A stretch of 63,472 bases of DNA, the filler included, from Circinaria calcarea (taxonomy: Eukaryota), in NCBI GenBank assembly GCA_051942165.1. It is 10 parts of 10 records of this genome, joined end to end, with 100 filler letters (N's around TTAATTAATTAA, not from the genome) between each part and the next. Parts side by side here need not be neighbours in the genome. Positions count along the whole stretch, not along the records: positions 44,521 to 50,772 come from JAVECS010001627.1; positions 50,873 to 57,122 come from JAVECS010001628.1; positions 57,223 to 63,472 come from JAVECS010001629.1; 7 more parts are not named here. One strand, given 5' to 3'. The first letter of the stretch is position 1. The number at the start of each line of letters is the position of its first letter. The position numbers and the translations under genes are program-made. This document shows positions 50,555 through 63,009 of the stretch, one piece after another. A model generated the notes under the pieces. It had not been told where the DNA came from, made no database searches, and was given only the letters and a program-made list of their open reading frames with translations.

Positions 50555-50772
50555 ATGGAATCTCTACCTCCCGTCTACATTGTGTCCGCAGTACGGACGC
50601 CTATTGGCGGTTTCCAGGGGTAGAGCTTCGATCCACTCAAGCGTATACTTGCCCGTGCTGACTTTGCTTGCCCTAGATCGCTGTCTAGCTTGAGTGCTAT
50701 ACAGTTGGGCTCGCATGTTATCAAAGGTGCCCATCCTCCCTCTTCAACGATGAGTCGAAGCTGAGACGATTG
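50555..50772 (+). CDS. ERG10: Acetyl-CoA C-acetyltransferase (thiolase II), copy B; exons 50555-50619 and 50677-50726
   Basis: Same peptide as copy A; GT...CTGAC...TAG intron at 50620-50676. Confidence 0.85.
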
Positions 50773-50872
50773 NNNNNNNNNNNNNNNNNNNNNNNNNNNN
50801 NNNNNNNNNNNNNNNNTTAATTAATTAANNNNNNNNNNNNNNNNNNNNNNNNNNNNNNNNNNNNNNNNNNNN

Positions 50873-51536
50873 AGTTACCGCAAATCTCCCTGGCGGAGAC
50901 TGGTTATGGCCTGGCATTTGGATGCTTCCTGTCGAGGAAACCTACGGACCTTGGCCGACGTCTGGTGAAATTGATATCGCAGAGTCACGTGGAAACAATT
51001 ACACCTATGCACAGGGTGGAAATAACATCGTGTCCAGCGCCCTACATTGGGGACCTAACCCCGCTAATGATGCCTGGTGGAGAACCAATGTCAAGCGCAA
51101 CGCTCTTCACACTACCTTCGCCAAGAAGCCTCACACTTTCGGGATGGAATGGAGTGAGAAGTACCTCTTCACCTACATCGACACTCGTCTTCTACAAGTT
51201 CTTTACACAACCTTCAAGCAGCCCCTATGGCTGAGAGGCGACTTTCCGCTGGCTGATTCGAATGGAACCACCCTCGTCGATCCATGGAGCCAGACCGGAA
51301 ACCCTGCCACACCGTTCGATCACGACTTTTACCTTATTCTCAATGTTGCTGTCGGAGGGACTAATGGGTGGTTTGAAGATGGCAAGTCGGGGAAACCATG
51401 GGTCGATTCGTCGCCTACTGCCAAGAAGGATTTCTGGAACGCTAGAAATACATGGCTACCAACATGGGAGAAGGAAGGTCAGATGATTGTCAAGAGTGTA
51501 AAGATATGGCAACAGAAAGGTTTCAATGGATGTTGA
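50873..51536 (+). CDS. GH16 beta-1,3-glucanase / glucan-binding protein-like, 5' truncated
   Basis: GDWLWPGIWMLP...WPTSGEIDIAESRGN with catalytic ExDxxE; PFDHDFYLILNVAVGGTNGWF. Confidence 0.93.
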
Positions 51537-54500
51537 CGAACATCGCTGTTTTTGGGAAGGGATATAAGCTTGATTATGGCTCGCTGCCGGTGTGTTCAGA
51601 AGCGTCTCATTGACTGGAGTTGGGCCGGATACACCTTGACGATCTTTATATTAGCACAGTCTCGGCGAGACGCTCGATTCACCTGGATAACATAGACTTG
51701 GGTACATCATAATACTTTATGCAGTATATATTAACAACCCAATCTTATTAGTTGTACCATATCACACTCCTCCACCTTGACCATTTCTGATAGTATCAAT
51801 ACCTCTTGCTCAGATTCCCCTCTCTTGTGCTGCCCATGCCTGACATTAATCTCCACGATGGTGTCACCTGGCAAGCTCCCTGTCTCCTTTTCATCCAACA
51901 AGTTTTTCTGGGACTGCGGTATCAAATTTCCACCACGCTCCTGTGGCTTGCGCACGAACCATTCTCCACTTCCCGTTTCGTTGATGTCCCATCCTCCACA
52001 ATCTTTTGAGTTAGGGTGCTCATGGCCTGAATTGACATCCTACGCTATCGAGGTTCTCCCTATTCATACCTGATCTACCTACTTGGTCCACCCGCGACAA
52101 TCACTCAATGACACCTCAATCTCCCACCCAGCACCTCCCGCACCTCCAACACCTCCAACACTCAGCTGCCATGTCGTTCCAATCTCGGCAGACCTCCAAT
52201 CAGAAAATGTCCCGGGCGGCATTGGACGAAAGCCTGTCCTGTCCAATTATTAAATCCTGGATACCTATTATGAAAGCGATCTCCGCCAGGAAAATGTCCG
52301 ATCACCATGCTCGGATCTCAGGAAGGTCGAGGTACATGCCTCCGTCCCGCTGTTGCGACTTGCGAGAGTCGTCTCCATGACCACGGGCCTTCTGCGCGAG
52401 TCAGGACTTTTACGGTCAGGGAACATGGAAGTTGGCTGGGATACGCGATTCTGGATAAGGCAGGCCGGACGCCGTACTCCGTAATGGTCGCGATTAGAGC
52501 TCCTAGCGAATTCATGTAGACAGGTTGCCACCGACATATCTGGCTGCCAGAGTTCTCTGGGTATTTCAACAACGATGTTGAATCTCTAAACTGATGGGAA
52601 GGGACGGCTTCTTCACTAGTCTCTCAAAGCGATATATCATCATGATGATGGAATTCCCTTCCAACAGCGTGGCAGCCTTAGCACGCCGCTTTACATTCGT
52701 TTCCCGAGCGAATCTGCGACTCTGTTCCTGGCTTATGCCGACATTGATCAAAGTGTCACGTCAGCCACACCCTCCATGAGAAAGCGTCGCATGGTTCGGC
52801 GCTGCATTCCTGGAACTAGGACGGCAAGTTCGCATACGCGATTGGATGGTGATTACAGTGCATGAATACGCAGGATGCAGACTCGGATCGACAGACGACA
52901 GGATTTTGTTGAGGAAGAGCAGTCAGCACCCAGTATTCCGACAGGTCCGATTACGAGGGCCCCGATGCTTTTTGTACCGCGCGAGATAAGACACCGCTGA
53001 GACCGTAGCCCGAGGCCTCTCTATGAGAAGCAATCAGGGAATATGCACCGATGATCAAACCGAAAGACCATGGGCATTTATCAGTGTCTTTCTGCCTACG
53101 AAGCTACCTCCCCCCTCTACTACGACCGAAGCCAGGAGTCGAAGACATCAGAATTTCCCTATCCCCGTTTCCCCGCAATCACCGATGTACTGCAAGATAC
53201 TACACAAGATACGTCTGCGGAGGCCGTGAAATGAATGGACTTTGACCCGAGGTAGGCTTCCAGGTAGACCCCAGGTAAATCCCGCTAGCTTGCTTCTCGT
53301 ATCTGTGGCTCGGATGCACGACGGCAAGAGACAAAACCACAGGCGTGGAGGTGAAGAGTCACTCTGATCTGCCATCCATACGCGCGAAACACGACCGGAC
53401 TTGTTGGGTGTGTGTATGTCGTAATGGCCCTTCGGAAAGAGAAGGAATCGGGCAGCACTGCTGGCTTTATCTTCACCACTCAGTTCCGCATACAATGCTC
53501 GGGATTGAAGATACTCGCGGTGGGAATATTGCATTATGCACGGAAGTATTACCGTAATCGATTACTGGTGCATAAAAACCATGCGTTACCCGCCTTAGCC
53601 TCATGTCGCATGCGTCCACTTAATTAGAGAAGCAGTGGAGCGAGCGACGATCTCTCCATCTAACCAAGCTTCTCGAACCATACCCAAACCAAATTCCCTT
53701 GACGATCATTCCTGGCTGAGTCGGCCCAAATGGGATGGCGACTTCATTGTCCATGTCTAATCTCGACGCAAAGGCCTCCCTCTTTACCAGATCGATCGAG
53801 GCCATGTCTCTCGATCCGGGTTAGTGGTTGCAAGTCCACGGTCGCCCTGAGCTCGGGTATTGTGATCGCTACTGTTTGGCTTTTGGAACAAGGCACGAGT
53901 GTTTTAAAGTTGGGCGATGGATGCCAGACGCCGCTTTTCCTTTTTCTCATCTGCCGGTTCAGCATAGCCACAGAGGTGTGGTGGATGTCCTGGTCCGTTT
54001 ACCGACACGCGATCCTACCGCTCCGCATCCTGGATACGGCGACACACCCTCAGGTCAAGTAGGTAGTGCTTACGAGAATTCAAAGAGTGGGAGTCAACGG
54101 TTTTGGCATGTGCGCCATCACCACCGAACGGCAGACCTAAGGTGCTCCCTCCCTATTCCTCCTTTTCTCTGAAATCCGGCGATTTTCTTGTTCGCACAGT
54201 TGGAGAGGGTTTGGACACTACGTGATGCAGTCGAGCAACATGCCGTCTCGGTCAAGGGCCACCACGATAATGCTCCGATGTACCGGTCCTTTACCTCTGA
54301 GAGGCCCATGGGATCTTTTCTTGCCGGACTTTCGTATCCCCGTCCGCGGCTTGGCAGCCCGTGGCAGTCCGATCACGACCACATCGTAACCTTTCCAATC
54401 TTAATTTCCATCCTGGCAGATGCGTCCGCGCCACAGCACCTTTGACCAGAGAGGAGGTCGGCATCGAATAGGATTCGAATCAACCGGGAGGGCCTAGAGG

Positions 54501-55398
54501 GAGGGTCCGAGAAGTCTAATCGGCCTGATGAAATCATGGTCAAGGTCCAAGTCAGGGAATTGCAGCGATGAGAAATGTCACTCTTGCCTGGTTTCGGCTC
54601 GGGCGGTGTATTGACGGCGCTGTGCTATTCTCGGTCTTCTCCCTCTCGCTGTGAATGCTCGGGATGAGCCATTCCACGCTGTTTGCTGGGCTCGCTGTCG
54701 ACCGGCACACCTTCTCGATGTATTCTGGGATAAGCGGCGTGCCCTATCCTGTCAGTCGTGCAAGCCCCGGGCCGCTCAACATCGACTCTTTTCGGTCCAG
54801 GGGACCCACTTCTTTCCTTTTGTTATCATCCATTGAATCCCGTAGATCTCTCCGCCTGGGGGCCCTTAATGCCCTTTAGCCGGATACGTTTGGCTGCTGC
54901 ACCACCTTAGGCTTGCATCAATCTGAGCTGCTAAACGCTATCTCGCATGCGGTCGAATCCAAGCCTTGCTTCCGCCACGACGCAATATTATCTTGTACAG
55001 TCGTTCCGATTCTATCATCTCCTCTTTCTCCCACTCACACCTCACACTCGTTCTGCTCTGGCACCCCTAGGCGTTGGTCCGTCGAACCATATAGGGTTCT
55101 GGGTATTGGAAGATTGTCCCTTTGGTCGGCAAGGACTCCTTTCCCCGTAAGTACATGGAGACCCGCCGGTTCAAGGTCCCTGACGACTCGAGCCTAACCT
55201 TTCGTCCTTCAGTCTCCGATATCCCTCCACTCACCTTGCGAATTGAGTGACAATCCGATTCTCCCCACGATCGCTTACACCTGGAACTCTTCTTTCTCGT
55301 CCTTCATTAACGGCGATTGTCAGCCAAACCCCATCGACGTTCGTTTTGCACAACAAGCCGGCCCATTGTAGGCATAACAAGTTTAAAAGTTGGCCAGG

Positions 55399-57122
55399 AT
55401 GGGTATCGGAAACTATTTCAAGGCCAACAAGGGCGCTGCCTCGGCAGGAGCTCCCCGTACTGGATCGGTTGTCCAGATGAGCGAGAAGCCTGCAGGAGGA
55501 CCACCTGTAGAAAATTTCGAGATGAAGAAACCGGGTACTGCGCCGAAATTCGGTTCGTCGAGAGCATCCTTGGCACCGTCAACGCGCAGCTCGACCTTTG
55601 TGGACGACATCAAGCACGAAGTGATGTGCAATTATCTTTATCAACAACAGTGCTCGCGTCTGTGGGTCAGCGATGGGAGCGGAGAATTGGAGGGTGTCTT
55701 GTTACGGAAAAGCAGGAACAACTATATATCTTGCCCACCTCAACTAGTGGAGTCTCCTTTCGCTCAGGCTTGTGCAGCCTTGAATTGTCAGGTCAGTGCT
55801 CTGACTCATGTCTTGTCTCAGATCGTATGCTAAAGACATTACAGGTTGCCTTGACGGTCAACTCCCGAGTGATTAAAACCTTTTTGGGTTGGTCCCCGGA
55901 CGCGGTAGATGTCCCTTTGTTGAACGGGCTTCGAATTCAGATTTTGCCCACTATTGATGACTTACCGCGAGCAAGAAAACACCAGTTCGCCGCATTCATC
56001 GCTTCCGAGGCTCTCCTCGTGGTTTGGGATGACGAGCCAATAGACATTGTCAATCGAGCCAAATCGATAGAGGCGGAGCTGATGGAGCTGGTTTGGAAGA
56101 CAGGCGAGCCGGAAGACTCCGAGGGTCAAGAAAAGAAAGGTCCTGCGGTAACGACGGTCGAGATTGATGAAGAATCCGGCAATATTATTCCCACTTTTCG
56201 TGCCACCCATCTCCAGAACACCGTACTTGTCACACTTACTCTCATCATCATTTGTGTCATGTTGGGAGCCGGTTTCCGCGAAATCGCCGTCGAAACTATT
56301 GTTGATAAAAATTACCTCCGTGTCGCTTTTCTACTTCTCACTCCAGTCCAGATCTTCTTCACCTTGGTAAGTAACTGAACCATCAGACTGATATATGCTC
56401 TTTCTGACTGTGTAATAGTTTTTCGCCCAAGTTATTGTCGGCTGTATAGCACAATGCATCGGTCCAGTTCGTCAAATGCAGATGAACTCCAAGTTTTATT
56501 CGGCAGTTAAAGCACCGCGCTTGGCCAACCGTACCCTCCCTCACGTTACCATCCAATGCCCGGTCTACAAGGAAGGTCTTGATTCTGTCATTGCGCCAAC
56601 AGTAAAGTCTATCAAAGCTGCCATTTCCACTTATGAACTTCAAGGAGGGTCTGCCAATATGTTTATCAACGACGACGGTATCCAGATTATCGACGAAGCA
56701 GAGCGTCAAGCCCGTATTGACTTTTACGCGGATCATTCAATCGGATGGACTGCACGTCCCAAACATGGTGCTAACGGCTTCGTCCGAAAGGGCAAATTCA
56801 AGAAGGTGAGCCAACCATTTAATAGATCTTCCCTCTCGGTTTTTTTCCCGATGGCTGCAAACCTACAAGCATGGTACCATTGCAATGTCGGGTTTAGCTA
56901 GTCGTTTTCGTGCTGTAACGTGATGGTGGCGCTTTTGGTGTAGCCGTCTTCTGGCGATCTTTACCAATCTCACGTCTCTGGGCTGAATTGCGAAATGCTG
57001 ATCGGATTCCGTCTAGGCTTCGAACATGAACTTTGGTCTGATGATTTCGTGCAAAGTCGAAGAAAAGCTGCTTTTGATAAATCGCCCCGATGATTGGTCT
57101 CAGTCTGACGAAGCTCAAGCTT
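55399..57122 (+). CDS. Membrane GT2-family glycosyltransferase, multi-exon, 3' truncated
   Basis: TM helices, then LPHVTIQCPVYKEGL, FINDDG, RKGKFKK-ASNMN across intron 56806-57016. Confidence 0.88.
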
Positions 57123-57222
57123 NNNNNNNNNNNNNNNNNNNNNNNNNNNNNNNNNNNNNNNNNNNNTTAATTAATTAANNNNNNNNNNNNNNNNNNNNNN
57201 NNNNNNNNNNNNNNNNNNNNNN

Positions 57223-57358
57223 AGCCTCTCTCTCGTCAGTTAAAGCCTCTCTCTCGTCAGTTAAAGCCTCTCTCTCGTCAGTTAAAGCCTCTCTCTCGTC
57301 AGTTAAAGCCTCTCTCTCGTCAGTTAAAGCCTCTCTCTCGTCAGTTAAAGCCTCTCTC
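57223..57358. repeat. Perfect 21-bp minisatellite (AGCCTCTCTCTCGTCAGTTAA), at least 6 copies, runs off the contig
   Basis: Read directly; the minus strand encodes EALTDER heptads. Confidence 0.97.
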
Positions 57359-57525
57359 ATCAACCCGGACTCCGCCTTCTGTGCCTTTTCAGGCTTATCA
57401 GCGGTCAGCGGAGTCTTGTCGTCCAAGCGCTCGATAAGGCCTTTGGCGAAGGAGAGCGAGGAGGGCGCCTGGGTAATGGCGCATCTGTCTCCAATCGTAA
57501 TGTCAACTTTCCTGCCATCCACCAT
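57223..57525 (-). CDS. Hypothetical coiled-coil protein with EALTDER repeats, partial
   Basis: Open frame running into the in-frame 7-aa repeat; a possible intron lies just upstream (about 57532-57578). Confidence 0.5.
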
Positions 57526-59102
57526 GGAGAGCTTAAGATATCAGTATATACTCCACGTTCTCACATCTGATTTCTCACCCCATAGGACCGATTGTACTTT
57601 TCCCTGACCTTCCATGTCCATTTCTGATCCTGGCCCATATTTAAACGAGAAGCTGATGAAGTCAAGTATCCTTCCCAGGCTTATGAGGGCAAGTTACACC
57701 CATGAGAAGTGCTTCCCTCCGTTGCCCTGGGTTTTGGGTTTCAGGTACGCCTTGTAGCCCTCGTCGCCTTGTTTGGATATAGTGTGAGTTAAAAACAATG
57801 TAATCGAACCCGAGCTTCAATTGCCCCTCCTTCAACTTCCTTTTTGAAACGGAAGATGAACCACAGTTCGTCCTTGACGCAGCGATGTCTCCGTTGCTGT
57901 CAAGGTCATATTGGTATCGACTGCCTAAGTTGGGTATGCCAGCTTGCAATGCTCGACCGACATCGTGGTCGGTCAGCAAGCTTTCTATCGAAGGTTAGGT
58001 GGCCCTGTCCTTCAGATCCCCATTTATAGTTATGGGAGACGAGAGGGAACTCATCAAGAAGAGGATCTAGGTCGACTGTTCTTGTAGGTTGAGCATCCAG
58101 CTCTTAACGTTGTCGACGCAAGAGACTTTTATATCGATATATTCTTAATAGAAAAGTTAGAAAAGGACTATTAGGCATGGTAAAGCCTTTTCGAACACCA
58201 TGAAAGCCACTGATTGTATGTTTCTATATCTCAGTCAATGGGTCCTTACTCAATGGTTGCTCGGGCCATCTCCGTTTTCTCTTTCAGCTCTGTCGCTCTC
58301 CTCTGCGAGAACCTTAGAGACCGTGAATTCATAACAACCAATCAGGTGTTAAACTTACCTCGTACTCCCTGCTTAATCATATATCCTCTTGCCCGTCTCC
58401 CTCTGCGAAGAACATTACACGGCGAGTGTTACGATAATCGCCACTCGGCAATGTCCTGAGATATGTAGAGCTGAGTCTTCATAATCAGGAACCAGATCCA
58501 TCCGGGAATTTGCTCTGAACCCTGCGGGCATTCGCTTTCCCAGGAAGGGAGAGAATTATACCGTAATAACGTCTAGTGATACTCCCAAGGTATATGCCCT
58601 TATCTTCTCATACGACTAGTGGTATGTGATAAAACCTTCATATGTAATGGGGCGCAAACTTTTGAGTCAAAGAGTACTGAAGTTGAAGATGAGTAAAAAT
58701 GCAAGAGAGGGCAGAATAATGATGATGAAGACAATCGTGGCGATGAAGGGGTGAATGAAAGATGAGTATCGGAGCAGGAGTGAAGGAAGTTCACCCTCTG
58801 TATGAAGCCGTGGTGTCTGAAAACAACTCATTTTAGTTGCCTCCTGCAATTTTTCGCTCGCGGGGAAACCTTCACACTGTTCAATTGAAAATAATCTGAA
58901 ACAGTTCATTATTATCCATATGACTAGGAAATCAGTTAATCCTATCTAGTATTGAAGTGTATTCAATGATTACCGTTATCTTGGTGGAGCCTTTACTTCT
59001 CTAAAACTCTGAAACAGCCTCTATAATTCGTAAAGCTAAGCAGGAGCTATTGCGATAACGAGGTTAAGTTAAAGTAAGGCTCTTGTCCAGTAGATTATGT
59101 GT

Positions 59103-60463
59103 TCAAGTCGATTCCAATCTGGAAAGCCAGTTTATAACCTGATTGTAACTTACTGTCAGCATTGCTAATACGCATACCACCAGAAGCACTTGACAACGTA
59201 CCATCATAGCCTGAACAATCGCAACCTTCTGTCCGTACCCGCTTCCATCCCAACTCGTTGCCTGCAAAGTCATATTATACATCCCCAACGCATCTATCTC
59301 CCTTGCTCTTGCTTCCTTTGCCATTTCCACGGTATAGTGCCACAATGCATTGTTACCCTGGCTGAGGATCTGCGCGGGTGGTTTGAGGTGTCCTGCTGCA
59401 TTAGGACCAACCCAGAGGAAAGGAACATTCCGTGAAGATGCGTCAGCGAGAGTGATCCATTCGTCCATGGATGCGGTAGCAGAGGGCCATGAGAGAGAGG
59501 TACTGAGGGAAAGCGAGTGAACAACTGGTACCGGTTTATAAGAGTCGGGATTTGCGGCAAGGATGGTGGTGAGTTCTTGACGAAGCGAGTCTGGAGCGGG
59601 AGAGCCGGATATAGGAAGGAAGAGGTGAGGAGTACCTAGCAACTGTCAGTAGGTTCGGGAAAAGGAGATTGAAGATAATGATGGCGCCTTACGGTCGCAA
59701 TAGAAAGGGCTTTGATGTCCACCCTCCGCATGGCTTTCTTGGACATCTTGGCTATTTTTGATGTTGTACGCTGAGCATTCCGGTCTTGTGACTTGGTTGT
59801 CACATCTGCAAGTTGTCCGATCATTTTCGTTCAACTTCCACTGCTTTAGTCCACCAGTTGCAATGTTCTCTCGAAGAAGCATATTAAACCCGGCATAAAC
59901 GTTTTGGAGGAGGCCGTCGCCAATGAAAACTATGGCATCGAAGCGGTCCAGAACCATGCAGACTTCAGCCGTGGAGTACCAGCGATAGTGGCAGCCCGCC
60001 GGGTAGAAGGGTGCATCGAAGCCATGCCGTCCTCCACCGCTAAGACCTTCTAGGAGTGTTGCGCGGTTCCGGCAGTAGAGATTTGACTTTGGACCATCTT
60101 CACCGGACCTGGATGGGGGCATGTAAAGATCACTGGACGCGATTCCGCAGTCCTGGTGACCTTCGAAACGGTCAAAGTAGCTGGAAGAAAGTCTGTTAGC
60201 AAAGCTGTAGTACCCATTAGCTCAAACACATACTCATTAATCTGATCATGCGAGAATGGGATCTTGTCATCCTGCTTGGCAGGTGTTGAGAAAGGATTGA
60301 ATGTCCAGATTATCAGAACAGCTGACAAAACAAGGAGCACCATCATCCGCGTTGAGAAAAGACCGGACCTGACATGGCGGATACTATTCTTGGGACGCTC
60401 CATGCCTTTGAGGTATTGAGGTGTCTGTGGTGCACTGGCGAATCGTGGGAACGGGCATGCCAT
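59103..60463 (-). CDS. Conserved fungal type II membrane protein, SGNH/PC-esterase-like, multi-exon
   Basis: N-terminal TM VLLVLSAVLIIWTF; GCHYRWYSTAEVC...IVFIGDG block; LGMYNMT...WDGSGYG...MMVINWL. Confidence 0.6.
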
Positions 60464-61437
60464 GTTGTCTCCCTTCCCAGTGCAAAGACAGAGGGAGTGT
60501 CAGGACATAATGGCAGTTGTTACTTGAAACTCGCTAAGCTGTAGGCGAAAGGCGCTAGTAAGGGAAGAGGCACAGAGGTTGGATGGATTTAGGGCTTCGT
60601 GTGGTTTACATGCCACACCAGCATTTCAATGCTAACAAGAACCACGGTGCATTTGGGTTCGATTGGGTTTAATGAGTTACCAAATAGGCACTCTGCCAAA
60701 CAAGAAAAAGGCATGGACAGTCTGTGGTGGTGGCTCACTGGGAAAGGAGTGATGGTATATTCGAGGAAACTCATGTCGGCTTACTAGACCAGCGTTCATT
60801 ACCGCCTTAGATGGAGGATTGAGCGCTATTAGGGCATGAGTCCGGGTTCGTGACATGATGTCCGGTAACTTTCTTACTGCAGACGGCATGCACCCCAACT
60901 GTTCTCCGGCTGTTGGATATATGGAGCAGTGTGGTGACGGGGGATGCTGTTCAGCCCTATTCTGTCTTCACATGTGATTGAGCCATGTTACGGCACGTGA
61001 CCGCCATAGCGAGAGATCGGGGAGACGAGTTTGTGGGGAAGGCGTCGGTCCCGAGGTCCATTGGTTATGGTAATGGGCATTTAGTGGGATGCTATGACTG
61101 CGACTAACCCTACTCTATGCTCATTCAACCCCCAGACCGCCATCCTCTAATTAAACACTTTCCAGCTACAAGTATTTCTACCTTATGCTTACTCCAGACA
61201 ACATGCTCCTACCATCTCAAAGCCAACACTCAATGCGTCCCTCGAGGCAGCCTTGTCACGGCTAAAGTTGACCGTTTCGGACGTACGGAACTTCCTGCGC
61301 ACACCTGAGCTTCGACGCGGTGGATGAGATAACCGAGCAACCGTCCTGATTTACCAATATTTCGTGAGGTACCTAGGCCTACACTTTTCGGGGAAGAAAG
61401 GTGCTTGCGGTTGGCCAATCGGCCAGAACGGCGCAGG

Positions 61438-63009
61438 ATGGCTTGGAAGAAGTCCGAGATGCTGATGGATACCATCAAGCATTACTCCTCGTTCCCAGCT
61501 ACGGGCGTGAGCTTGCGGCAGATGGTGCAGTTTGGCGAACGACCTTCAACAGGTATACAACCCGCTGTCTGGCAAGGGAGGTGTACAGTGGCTGACCAAT
61601 CGAGTGATCAGGCACCCTCTTCCGTGCGTCCCAGTTCCTCTCCGAAGAGCTGCCTATTCGCCTGGCCCATCGAGTTCAAGAGCTTGGAGATCTCCCGGAT
61701 GGTCTAAACGAGATGGCCTCAATCAAGAGAGTGCAAGATTGGTACGCGCAGTCATTCGAGGTATGATGCTGTGCTGGTCTGTGACGGATCGTTAAGCTGT
61801 CGTTAACGAAATATCAGGACATTACCAATCTACACCGGCCAAACCTTCGACCGGAGGTGCGAGAACGGCTCCTGAAGCCTGCAAAGAACAATGGCAGAGA
61901 TGCAAAAATCCTAGAACACACGACACAGAACCCCAGTGTGAAAATGGGTCAATATCGATCAATACCAGGATCCATGGGCAATGGTAACGGGAACGGGAAC
62001 GGGAACGGGTCCAAACGGTCGTCACGACGATACTACGTTTCTGCAGAGGATGGGGAAGAGTGGCCCCCTGAATTAGATGATTACAACAAAAGATTTGCTA
62101 AAACCCTGGAGGGTATCAAGCGACGGCACGACAGTGTCGTGACAACTGTTGGTGAGAGTTTGTGACAGTCGGAGCGAAAGAGTGGCTGCTTACTCGAAAT
62201 GTGCAGCCCAGGGCATACTGGAATACAAGCGAAAGCGGCAACGCATGCAAATCGATTCGAATATCCAAGCCTTCCTCGATAGATTCTACATGTCGCGTAT
62301 CGGGATACGTATGCTGATAGGCCAACACATTGCTCTGACTAGCCAGAAGCAATCACAGGAGCCTAACTATGTTGGCATCATCTGTACTAAAACCAATGTC
62401 CGTGAGCTAGCGCAAGAAGCAATAGACAACGCACGGTTCGTCTGTGAAGACCACTATGGTCTCTTCGATGCTCCCAAGGTTGAACTAGTCTGCAAACCGG
62501 ACTTGCAGTTCATGTATGTTCCCGGTCACTTGTCACATATGCTCTTTGAAACACTTAAGAATTCTCTTCGTGCTGTCGTTGAAACCCATGGACAAGATAA
62601 AGAAGACTTCCCGGTAACCAAAGTTATCATTGCAGAAGGAAACGAGGACATCACAATTAAGATTTCGGATGAAGGGGGAGGGATCCCACGATCTGCTATT
62701 CCGCTTGTCTGGACTTATATGTACACCACTGTCGACCAGACTCCAAGTCTAGATCCGGATTTCAACAAAAGCGACTTCAAAGCCCCAATGGCTGGCTTTG
62801 GCTATGGTCTACCAATCAGTAGATTATATGCGCGATACTTTGGTGGAGATTTGAAACTAATTAGCATGGAAGGGCACGTTCCCCTTTTCTACGTTCCATC
62901 TCAATGGCGGGGACCATAGCTAACAGGTGTACAACTGAATTGCAGATACGGCACCGACGTCTACCTTCACCTCAACCGTCTTTCATCCAGCTCCGAACCT
63001 CTCCAATAA
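61438..63009 (+). CDS. Mitochondrial pyruvate dehydrogenase kinase (PDK/BCKDK family), multi-exon
   Basis: EELPIRLAHRV, FLDRFYMSRIGIRMLIGQH, ETLKNSLRA N-box, ISDEGGGI G1, MAGFGYGLPISRLYARYFGG, MEGYGTDVYLHL. Confidence 0.96.

Larger units (their letters stand above)
44521..50772. repeat. Contig-long imperfect inverted repeat: left arm 44521-47464, spacer 47465-47963, right arm 47964-50772
   Basis: The contig start CAATCGTCTCAGCTTCGACTC... is the reverse complement of the contig end. The arms align throughout with substitutions and indels; inner boundary CTTTTGCCGAGCGACGAC / GTCGTCGCTCGGCAAAAG. Confidence 0.98.

Noticed and set aside
44521..50772. Palindrome as a fold-back library chimera or a TIR/foldback transposon
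   Set aside because: A chimera would have identical arms, and these are diverged around a unique spacer. There is no transposase, and the arms contain a host thiolase gene.
51537..55398. Many 60-130 aa ORFs, and a tRNA-like GGATTCGAATC at about 54471
   Set aside because: No motifs or consistent exon structure, and no cloverleaf around the T-loop-like sequence.
62874..62945. Possible nested intron (stwintron) from the internal CTAACAG|GT
   Set aside because: The remaining GT...AG piece would be only 19 nt, too short to splice.
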